Below, piece after piece: positions 1-12,600 of a stretch of DNA of 64,000 nucleotides (within the stretch, counting starts at the first letter, position 1; every line of letters begins with the position of its first letter). The notes beneath the pieces are model-generated. The model was given only the letters and a program-made list of their open reading frames with translations, did not search any database and was not told the origin of the DNA. Source of the stretch: Eledone cirrhosa (lineage: Eukaryota); assembly GCA_964016885.1 (NCBI GenBank), contig OZ024741.1, positions 254,510,001 through 254,574,000 of the forward strand, given 5' to 3'. The position numbers and the translations under genes are program-made.

Positions 1-3000
1 CACTGGCACTGACAGAGAAAACAGCAACAACTACAACAACACTGGCACTGACAGAGAAAACAGCAACAACTACAACAACACTGGCACTGACACAGAAAAC
101 AGCAACAACTACAACAACACTGGCACTGACACAGAAAACAGCAACAACAACAACACTGGCACTGACAGAGAAAACAGCAACAACTACAACAACACTGGCA
201 CTGACAGAGAAAACAGCAACAACAACAACACTGGCACTGACACAGAAAACAGCAACAACTACAACAACACTGGCATTGACAGAGAAAACAGCAACAACTA
301 CAACAACACTGGCACTGACAGAGAAAACAGCAACAGCAACAACACTGGCACTGACACAGAAAACAGCAACAACAGCAACAACAACACTGGCACTGACACA
401 GAAAACAGCAACAACAGCAACAACAACACTGGCACTGACACAGAAAACAGCAACAACAACAACACTGGCACTGACAGAGAAAACAGCAACAACAACACTG
501 GCACTGACAGAGAAAACAGCAACAACAACAACACTGGCACTGACACAGAAAACAGCAACAACAACAGTGGCACTGACACAGAAAACAGCAACAACTACAA
601 CAACACTGGCACTGACACAGAAAACAACAACAACAACACTGGCACTGATACAGAAAAGAGAAACAACTACAACAACAATGGCACTGACAGAGAAAGCAGC
701 AACAACTACAACAACACTGGCACTGACAGAGAAAACAGCAACAGCAACAACACTGGCACTGTCACAGAAAACAGCAACAACTACAACAACACTGGCACTG
801 ACAGAGAAAACAGCAACAACTACAACAACACTGGCACTGACAGAGAAAACAGCAACAACTACAACAACACTGGCACTGACACAGAAAACAGCAACAACTA
901 CAACAACACTGGCCCTGACACAGAAAACAGCAACAACAACAACACTGGTACTGATAGAGAAAACAGCAACAACAACAACACTGGCACTGACAGAGAAAAC
1001 AGCAACAACAAAAACAGCGGCACTGACACAGAAAACAGCAACAACTACAACAACACTGGCACGGAAAACAGCAACAACAGCAACAACAACACAGCACTGA
1101 CACAGAAAACAGCAACAACAGCAACAACACTGGCACTGACACAGAAAACAGCAACAACCGTGGCACTGACACAGAAAACAGCAACAACAGCAACAATAAC
1201 ACTTGCACTGGCACAGAAAACAGCAACAGCAACACTGGAACTGACACAGAAAACAGCAACAGTAACAACAACAACACTGGCACTGACACAGAAAACAGCA
1301 ACAACAACAACACTGGCACTGACAGTGAAAATAGCAACAGCAACAACACTGCACTGACAGTGAAAATAGCAACAGCAACAACACTGGCACTGACAGAGAA
1401 AACAGCAACAACAACAACACTGGCACCGACACAGAAAACAGCAACAACAACAACACTGGCACTGACAGAGAAAACAGCAACAACTACAACACTGGCACTG
1501 ACAGAGAAAGCAGCAACAACAACAACAACACTGGCACTGACAGAGAAAACAGCAACAACTACAACAACACTGGCACTGACACAGAAAACAACAACAACTA
1601 CAACAACACTGGCACTGACAGAGAAAACAGCAACAACTACAACAACACTGACACTGACAGAGAAAACAACAACAACAGCAACAACACTGGCACTGACACA
1701 GAAAACAGCAACAACTACAACAACACTGGCACTGGCAGAGAAAACAGCAACAACTACAACAACACTGGCACTGACAGAGAAAACAGCAACAACTACAACA
1801 ACACTGGCACTGACACAGAAAACAGCAACAACTACAACAACACTGGCACTGACACAGAAAACAGCAACAACTTCAACAACACTGGCACTGACAGAGAAAA
1901 CAGCAACAACAACAACACTGGCACTGACACAGAAAACAGCAACAACTACAACAACACTGGCACTGACAGAGAAAACAGCAACAACTACAACAACACTGGC
2001 ACTGACAGAGAAAACAGCAACAACTACAACACTGGCACTGACACAGAAAACAGCAACAACTACAACAACACTGGCACAGAAAACAGCAACAACAACAACA
2101 ACACTGGCACTGACACAGAAAACAGCAACAACAACACTGGCACTGACAGTGAAAATAGCAACAACAACAACACTGGCACTGACAGAGAAAACAGCAACAA
2201 CAACAACACTGGCACTGACACAGAAAACAGCAACGACAACAACACTGGCACTGACACAGAAAACAGCAACAACTACAACAACACTGGCACTGACAGAGAA
2301 AACGGCAACAACTACAACACTGGCACTGACAGAGAAAACAGCAACAACAACAACACTGGCACTGACAGAGAAAACAGCAACAACTACAACAACACTGGCA
2401 CTGACACAGAAAACAGCAACAACAACAACAACACTGGCACTGACACAGAAAACAGCAACAGCAACAACAACAACAACACTGGCACTGACAGAGAAAACAG
2501 CAACAACTACAACAACACTGGCACTGACACAGAAAACAGCAACAACTACAACAAAACTGGCACTGACAGAGAAAACAGCAACAACTACAACAACACTGGC
2601 ACTGACAGAGAAAACAGCAACAACAACAACACTGGCACTGACAGAGAAAACAGCAACAACTACAACAAAACTGGCACTGACACAGAAAACAGCAACAACT
2701 ACAACAACACTGGCACTGACAGAGAAAACAGCAACAACAACAACACTGGCACTGACACAGAAAACAGCAACAACTACAACAACACTGGCACTGACAGAGA
2801 AAACAGCAACAACTACAACAACACTGGCACTGACAGAGAAAACAGCAACAGCAACGACACTGGCACTGACACAGAAAACAGCAACAATAGCAACAACAAC
2901 ACTGGCACTGACACAGAAAACAGCAACAACAGCAACAACAACACTGGTACTGACACAGAAAACAGCAACAACAACAACATTGGCACTGACAGAGAAAACA

Positions 3001-3564
3001 GCAACAACTACAACAACACTGGCACTGACAGAGAAAACAGCAACAACTACAACAACACTGGCACTGACACAGAAAACAGCAACAACAACACTGGCACTGA
3101 CACAGAAAACAGCAACAACTACAACAACACTGGCACTGACAGAGAAAACAGCAACAACTACAACACTGGTACTGACAGAGAAAACAGCAACAACAACACT
3201 GGCACTGACAGAGAAAACAGCAACAACTACAACAACACTGGCACTGACACAGAAAACAGCAACAACTACAACAACACTGGCACTGACAGAGAAAACAGCA
3301 ACAACAACAACACTGCCACTGACAGAGAAAACAGCAACAACAACAACACCGGCACTGACACAGAAAACAGCAACAACTACAACAACACTGGCACTGACAG
3401 AGAAAACAGCAACAACAACAACACTGGCACTGACACAGAAAACAGCAACAACTACAACACTGGCACTGACAGAGAAAACAGCAACAACTACAACAACACT
3501 GGCACTGACAGAGAAAACAGCAACAGCAACAACAACAACAACACTGGCACTGACAGAGAAAACA

Positions 3565-6500
3565 CAACAACAACAACAACACTGGCACTGACAGAGAAAA
3601 CAGCAACAACTACAACAACACTGGCACTGACACAGAAAACAGCAACAACTACAACAAAACTGGCACTGACAGAGAAAACAGCAACAACTACAACAACACT
3701 GGCACTGACAGAGAAAACAGCAACAACAACAACACTGGCACTGACAGAGAAAACAGCAACAACAACAACACTGGCACTGATACAGAAAACAGAAACAACT
3801 ACAACAACACTGGCACTGACAGAGAAAGCAGCAACAAATACAACAACACTGGCACTGACAGAGAAAACAGCAACAGCAACAACACTGGCACTGACACAGA
3901 AAACAGCAACAACTACAACAACACTGGCACTGACAGAGAAAACAGCAACAACTACAACAACACTGACACTGACAGAGAAAACAGCAACAACTACAACAAC
4001 ACTGGCACTGACACAGAAAACAGCAACAACTACAACAACACTGGCACTGACACAGAAAACAGCAACAACTACAACAACACTGGCACTGACACAGAAAACA
4101 GCAACAACAACAACACTGGTACTGACAGAGAAAACAGCAACAACTACAACAACACTGGCACTGACACAGAAAACAACAACAACTACAACAACACTGGCAC
4201 TGACAGAGAAAACAGCAACAACTACAACAACACTGACACTGACAGAGAAAACAACAACAACAGCAACAACACTGGCACTGACACAGAAAACAGCAACAAC
4301 TACAACAACACTGGCACTGGCAGAGAAAACAGCAACAACTACAACAACACTGGCACTGACAGAGAAAACAGCAACAACTACAACAACACTGGCACTGACA
4401 CAGAAAACAGCAACAACTACAACAACACTGGCACTGACACAGAAAACAGCAACAACTTCAACAACACTGGCACTGACAGAGAAAACAGCAACAACAACAA
4501 CACTGGCACTGACACAGAAAACAGCAACAACTACAACAACACTGGCACTGACAGAGAAAACAGCAACAACTACAACAACACTGGCACTGACAGAGAAAAC
4601 AGCAACAACTACAACACTGGCACTGACACAGAAAACAGCAACAACTACAACAACACTGGCACAGAAAACAGCAACAACAACAACAACACTGGCACTGACA
4701 CAGAAAACAGCAACAACAACAACACTGGCACTGACAGTGAAAATAGCAACAACAACAACACTGGCACTGACAGAGAAAACAGCAACAACAACAACACTGG
4801 CACTGACACAGAAAACAGCAACGACAACAACACTGGCACTGACACAGAAAACAGCAACAACTACAACAACACTGGCACTGACAGAGAAAACGGCAACAAC
4901 TACAACACTGGCACTGACAGAGAAAACAGCAACAACAACAACACTGGCACTGACAGAGAAAACAGCAACAACTACAACAACACTGGCACTGACACAGAAA
5001 ACAGCAACAACAACAACAACACTGGCACTGACACAGAAAACAGCAACAGCAACAACAACAACAACACTGGCACTGACAGAGAAAACAGCAACAACTACAA
5101 CAACACTGACACTGACAGAGAAAACAACAACAACAGCAACAACACTGGCACTGACACAGAAAACAGCAACAACTACAACAACACTGGCACTGGCAGAGAA
5201 AACAGCAACAACTACAACAACACTGGCACTGACAGAGAAAACAGCAACAACTACAACAACACTGGCACTGACACAGAAAACAGCAACAACTACAACAACA
5301 CTGGCACTGACACAGAAAACAGCAACAACTTCAACAACACTGGCACTGACAGAGAAAACAGCAACAACAACAACACTGGCACTGACACAGAAAACAGCAA
5401 CAACTACAACAACACTGGCACTGACAGAGAAAACAGCAACAACTACAACAACACTGGCACTGACAGAGAAAACAGCAACAACTACAACACTGGCACTGAC
5501 ACAGAAAACAGCAACAACTACAACAACACTGGCACAGAAAACAGCAACAACAACAACAACACTGGCACTGACACAGAAAACAGCAACAACAACAACACTG
5601 GCACTGACAGTGAAAATAGCAACAACAACAACACTGGCACTGACAGAGAAAACAGCAACAACAACAACACTGGCACTGACACAGAAAACAGCAACGACAA
5701 CAACACTGGCACTGACACAGAAAACAGCAACAACTACAACAACACTGGCACTGACAGAGAAAACGGCAACAACTACAACACTGGCACTGACAGAGAAAAC
5801 AGCAACAACAACAACACTGGCACTGACAGAGAAAACAGCAACAACTACAACAACACTGGCACTGACACAGAAAACAGCAACAACAACAACAACACTGGCA
5901 CTGACACAGAAAACAGCAACAGCAACAACAACAACAACACTGGCACTGACAGAGAAAACAGCAACAACTACAACAACACTGGCACTGACACAGAAAACAG
6001 CAACAACTACAACAAAACTGGCACTGACAGAGAAAACAGCAACAACTACAACAACACTGGCACTGACAGAGAAAACAGCAACAACAACAACACTGGCACT
6101 GACAGAGAAAACAGCAACAACTACAACAAAACTGGCACTGACACAGAAAACAGCAACAACTACAACAACACTGGCACTGACAGAGAAAACAGCAACAACA
6201 ACAACACTGGCACTGACACAGAAAACAGCAACAACTACAACAACACTGGCACTGACAGAGAAAACAGCAACAACTACAACAACACTGGCACTCACAGAGA
6301 AAACAGCAACAACTACAACAACACTGGTACTGACACAGAAAACAGCAACAACTACAACAACACTGGCACTGACAGAGAAAACAGCAACAACAACAACACT
6401 GGCACTGACACAGAAAACAGCAACAACTACAACAACACTGGCACTGACAGAGAAAACAGCAACAACTACAACAACACTGGCACTGACAGAGAAAACAGCA

Positions 6501-9500
6501 ACAGCAACGACACTGGCACTGGCACAGAAAACAGCAACAATAGCAACAACAACACTGGCACTGACACAGAAAACAGCAACAACAGCAACAACAACACTGG
6601 TACTGACACAGAAAACAGCAACAACAACAACATTGGCACTGACAGAGAAAACAGCAACAACTACAACAACACTGGCACTGACAGAGAAAACAGCAACAAC
6701 TACAACAACACTGGCACTGACACAGAAAACAGCAACAACAACACTGGCACTGACACAGAAAACAGCAACAACTACAACAACACTGGCACTGACAGAGAAA
6801 ACAGCAACAACTACAACACTGGTACTGACAGAGAAAACAGCAACAACAACACTGGCACTGACAGAGAAAACAGCAACAACTACAACAACACTGGCACTGA
6901 CACAGAAAACAGCAACAACTACAACAACACTGGCACTGACAGAGAAAACAGCAACAACAACAACACTGCCACTGACAGAGAAAACAGCAACAACAACAAC
7001 ACCGGCACTGACACAGAAAACAGCAACAACTACAACAACACTGGCACTGACAGAGAAAACAGCAACAACAACAACACTGGCACTGACACAGAAAACAGCA
7101 ACAACTACAACAACACTGGCACTGACAGAGAAAACAGCAACAACTACAACAACACTGGCACTGACAGAGAAAACAGCAACAGCAACAACACTGGCACTGA
7201 CACAGAAAACAGCAACAACAGCAACAACAACACTGGCACTGACACAGAAAACAGCAACAACAGCAACAACAACACTGGCACTGACACAGAAAACAGCAAC
7301 AACAACAACACTGGCACTGACAGAGAAAACAGCAACAACAACACTGGCACTGACAGAGAAAACAGCAACAACAACAACACTGGCACTGACACAGAAAACA
7401 GCAACAACAACAGTGGCACTGACACAGAAAACAGCAACAACTACAACAACACTGGCACTGACACAGAAAACAACAACAACAACACTGGCACTGATACAGA
7501 AAACAGAAACAACTACAACAACACTGGCACTGACAGAGAAAGCAGCAACAACTACAACCACACTGGCACTGACAGAGAAAACAGCAGCAGCAACAACACT
7601 GGCACTGACACAGAAAACAGCAACAACTACAACAACACTGGCACTGACAGAGAAAACAGCAACAACTACAACAACACTGGCACTGACAGAGAAAACAACA
7701 ACAACTACAACAACACTGGCACTGACACAGAAAACAGCAACAACTACAACAACACTGGCACTGACACAGAAAACAGCAACAACAACAACACTGGTACTGA
7801 TAGAGAAAACAGCAACAACAACAACACTGGCACTGACAGAGAAAACAGCAACAACAACAACACCGGCACTGACACAGAAAACAGCAACAACTACAACAAC
7901 ACTGGCACGGAAAACAGCAACAACAGCAACAACAACACTGGCACTGACACAGAAAACAGCAACAACAGCAACAACACTGGCACTGACACAGAAAACAGCA
8001 ACAACCGTGGCACTGACACAGAAAACAGCAACAACAGCAACAATAACACTGGCACTGGCACAGAAAACAGCAACAGCAACACTGGAACTGACACAGAAAA
8101 CAGCAACAGTAACAACAACAACACTGGCACTGACACAGAAAACAGCAACAACAACAACACTGGCACTGACAGTGAAAATAGCAACAGCAACAACACTGGC
8201 ACTGACAGTGAAAACAGCAACAGCAACAACACTGGCGCTGACAGAGAAAACAGCAACAACAACAACACTGGCACCGACACAGAAAACAGCAACAACAACA
8301 ACACTGGCACTGACAGAGAAAACACCAACAACTACAACACTGGCACTGACAGAGAAAACAGCAACAACAACACTGGCAGTGACAGAGAAAACAGCAACAA
8401 CAACAACACTGGCACTGACACAGAAAACAGCAACAACAACAGTGGCACTGACACAGAAAACAGCAACAACTACAACAACACTGGCACTGACAGAGAAAAC
8501 AGCAACAACAACAACACTGGCACTGACACAGAAAACAGCAACAACTACAACAACACTGGCACTGACAGAGAAAACAGCAACAACTACAACAACACTGGCA
8601 CTGACAGAGAAAACAGCAACAACTACAACAACACTGGCACTGACACAGAAAACAGCAACAACTACAACAACACTGGCACTGACACAGAAAACAGCAACAA
8701 CAACAACACTGGCACTGACAGAGAAAACAGCAACAACTACAACAACACTGGCACTGACAGAGAAAACAGCAACAACAACAACACTGGCACTGACACAGAA
8801 AACAGCAACAACTACAACAACACTGGCATTGACAGAGAAAACAGCAACAACTACAACAACACTGGCACTGACAGAGAAAACAGCAACAGCAACAACACTG
8901 GCACTGACACAGAAAACAGCAACAACAGCAACAACAACACTGGCACTGACACAGAAAACAGCAACAACAGCAACAACAACACTGGCACTGACACAGAAAA
9001 CAGCAACAACAACAACACTGGCACTGACAGAGAAAACAGCAACAACAACACTGGCACTGACAGAGAAAACAGCAACAACAACAACACTGGCACTGACACA
9101 GAAAACAGCAACAACAACAGTGGCACTGACACAGAAAACAGCAACAACTACAACAACACTGGCACTGACACAGAAAACAACAACAACAACACTGGCACTG
9201 ATACAGAAAAGAGAAACAACTACAACAACAATGGCACTGACAGAGAAAGCAGCAACAACTACAACAACACTGGCACTGACAGAGAAAACAGCAACAGCAA
9301 CAACACTGGCACTGTCACAGAAAACAGCAACAACTACAACAACACTGGCACTGACAGAGAAAACAGCAACAACTACAACAACACTGGCACTGACAGAGAA
9401 AACAGCAACAACTACAACAACACTGGCACTGACACAGAAAACAGCAACAACTACAACAACACTGGCCCTGACACAGAAAACAGCAACAACAACAACACTG

Positions 9501-9653
9501 GTACTGATAGAGAAAACAGCAACAACAACAACACTGGCACTGACAGAGAAAACAGCAACAACAAAAACAGCGGCACTGACACAGAAAACAGCAACAACTA
9601 CAACAACACTGGCACGGAAAACAGCAACAACAGCAACAACAACACAGCACTGA
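3565..9653 (+). other. Long stop-free Thr-rich frame (LALT[E/Q]KTATTTT[T])n, ~2,030 codons; mucin-like composition, not shown to be a gene
   Basis: The ORF track gives 4737..9653 from an internal GTG, but the frame is open from the deletion at ~3565. There is no signal peptide or unique domain, and it ends at a frameshift allele (CAGCACTGA). Confidence 0.15.
4186..5981 (+). repeat. 873-bp tandem duplication (~4186-5108 / ~5059-5981), closely related to ~1600-2520 and ~10150-11070
   Basis: Identical ORFs 4645..4860 and 5518..5733. Marker CTGACACTG at 4233 and 5106. Shared 6-bp-deleted unit CTGGCACAGAAA and the GCAACGACA and AAAACGGCA variants. Confidence 0.9.
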
Positions 9654-12600
9654 CACAGAAAACAGCAACAACAGCAACAACACTGGCACTGACACAGAAA
9701 ACAGCAACAACCGTGGCACTGACACAGAAAACAGCAACAACAGCAACAATAACACTTGCACTGGCACAGAAAACAGCAACAGCAACACTGGAACTGACAC
9801 AGAAAACAGCAACAGTAACAACAACAACACTGGCACTGACACAGAAAACAGCAACAACAACAACACTGGCACTGACAGTGAAAATAGCAACAGCAACAAC
9901 ACTGCACTGACAGTGAAAATAGCAACAGCAACAACACTGGCACTGACAGAGAAAACAGCAACAACAACAACACTGGCACCGACACAGAAAACAGCAACAA
10001 CAACAACACTGGCACTGACAGAGAAAACAGCAACAACTACAACACTGGCACTGACAGAGAAAGCAGCAACAACAACAACAACACTGGCACTGACAGAGAA
10101 AACAGCAACAACTACAACAACACTGGCACTGACACAGAAAACAACAACAACTACAACAACACTGGCACTGACAGAGAAAACAGCAACAACTACAACAACA
10201 CTGACACTGACAGAGAAAACAACAACAACAGCAACAACACTGGCACTGACACAGAAAACAGCAACAACTACAACAACACTGGCACTGGCAGAGAAAACAG
10301 CAACAACTACAACAACACTGGCACTGACAGAGAAAACAGCAACAACTACAACAACACTGGCACTGACACAGAAAACAGCAACAACTACAACAACACTGGC
10401 ACTGACACAGAAAACAGCAACAACTTCAACAACACTGGCACTGACAGAGAAAACAGCAACAACAACAACACTGGCACTGACACAGAAAACAGCAACAACT
10501 ACAACAACACTGGCACTGACAGAGAAAACAGCAACAACTACAACAACACTGGCACTGACAGAGAAAACAGCAACAACTACAACACTGGCACTGACACAGA
10601 AAACAGCAACAACTACAACAACACTGGCACAGAAAACAGCAACAACAACAACAACACTGGCACTGACACAGAAAACAGCAACAACAACACTGGCACTGAC
10701 AGTGAAAATAGCAACAACAACAACACTGGCACTGACAGAGAAAACAGCAACAACAACAACACTGGCACTGACACAGAAAACAGCAACGACAACAACACTG
10801 GCACTGACACAGAAAACAGCAACAACTACAACAACACTGGCACTGACAGAGAAAACGGCAACAACTACAACACTGGCACTGACAGAGAAAACAGCAACAA
10901 CAACAACACTGGCACTGACAGAGAAAACAGCAACAACTACAACAACACTGGCACTGACACAGAAAACAGCAACAACAACAACAACACTGGCACTGACACA
11001 GAAAACAGCAACAGCAACAACAACAACAACACTGGCACTGACAGAGAAAACAGCAACAACTACAACAACACTGGCACTGACACAGAAAACAGCAACAACT
11101 ACAACAAAACTGGCACTGACAGAGAAAACAGCAACAACTACAACAACACTGGCACTGACAGAGAAAACAGCAACAACAACAACACTGGCACTGACAGAGA
11201 AAACAGCAACAACTACAACAAAACTGGCACTGACACAGAAAACAGCAACAACTACAACAACACTGGCACTGACAGAGAAAACAGCAACAACAACAACACT
11301 GGCACTGACACAGAAAACAGCAACAACTACAACAACACTGGCACTGACAGAGAAAACAGCAACAACTACAACAACACTGGCACTGACAGAGAAAACAGCA
11401 ACAGCAACGACACTGGCACTGACACAGAAAACAGCAACAATAGCAACAACAACACTGGCACTGACACAGAAAACAGCAACAACAGCAACAACAACACTGG
11501 TACTGACACAGAAAACAGCAACAACAACAACATTGGCACTGACAGAGAAAACAGCAACAACTACAACAACACTGGCACTGACAGAGAAAACAGCAACAAC
11601 TACAACAACACTGGCACTGACACAGAAAACAGCAACAACAACACTGGCACTGACACAGAAAACAGCAACAACTACAACAACACTGGCACTGACAGAGAAA
11701 ACAGCAACAACTACAACACTGGTACTGACAGAGAAAACAGCAACAACAACACTGGCACTGACAGAGAAAACAGCAACAACTACAACAACACTGGCACTGA
11801 CACAGAAAACAGCAACAACTACAACAACACTGGCACTGACAGAGAAAACAGCAACAACAACAACACTGCCACTGACAGAGAAAACAGCAACAACAACAAC
11901 ACCGGCACTGACACAGAAAACAGCAACAACTACAACAACACTGGCACTGACAGAGAAAACAGCAACAACAACAACACTGGCACTGACACAGAAAACAGCA
12001 ACAACTACAACACTGGCACTGACAGAGAAAACAGCAACAACTACAACAACACTGGCACTGACAGAGAAAACAGCAACAGCAACAACAACAACAACACTGG
12101 CACTGACAGAGAAAACACAACAACAACAACAACACTGGCACTGACAGAGAAAACAGCAACAACTACAACAACACTGGCACTGACACAGAAAACAGCAACA
12201 ACTACAACAAAACTGGCACTGACAGAGAAAACAGCAACAACTACAACAACACTGGCACTGACAGAGAAAACAGCAACAACAACAACACTGGCACTGACAG
12301 AGAAAACAGCAACAACAACAACACTGGCACTGATACAGAAAACAGAAACAACTACAACAACACTGGCACTGACAGAGAAAGCAGCAACAAATACAACAAC
12401 ACTGGCACTGACAGAGAAAACAGCAACAGCAACAACACTGGCACTGACACAGAAAACAGCAACAACTACAACAACACTGGCACTGACAGAGAAAACAGCA
12501 ACAACTACAACAACACTGACACTGACAGAGAAAACAGCAACAACTACAACAACACTGGCACTGACACAGAAAACAGCAACAACTACAACAACACTGGCAC

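Noticed and set aside
90-119. RAG recombination-signal look-alike: CACAGAA + 13 nt + ACAACAACA in C-type 39-mers
   Set aside because: The heptamer matches only 5/7, the nonamer A-run is broken, the spacer is 13 rather than 12 or 23, no V/D/J segments are present, and such matches are expected in A/C-rich sequence.
298-594. Dozens of short MLLFSVSVPVLLLL ORFs resembling signal peptides
   Set aside because: They are the third minus frame, open only across runs of monomers lacking the ACT variant (whose CTA reads TAG). This is a pure repeat artefact.
276-1100. Assignment to antifreeze glycoprotein or insect TxT antifreeze protein
   Set aside because: There is no (Thr-Ala-Ala)n tripeptide, no Cys-stapled TCT repeat and no signal peptide. 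The 12-13-residue period with TAT is only a superficial likeness.
1317-1327. Short inverted repeats CACTG-A-CAGTG and CAGTG-G-CACTG in GTG variant units as hairpins or terminators
   Set aside because: They have 5-bp arms with a 1-nt loop, are created by single substitutions, and are too weak to support a structure.
3488-10036. 2,182-aa minus-strand Val/Ala/Ser-rich ORF and similar ORFs (12041..17794, 49926..53234, 56080..60654) as membrane-protein genes
   Set aside because: They are antisense translations of the repeat. The minus strand is ~8% A, so stops are rare. They start at internal alternative codons, change character at frameshifts, and have no unique domain.
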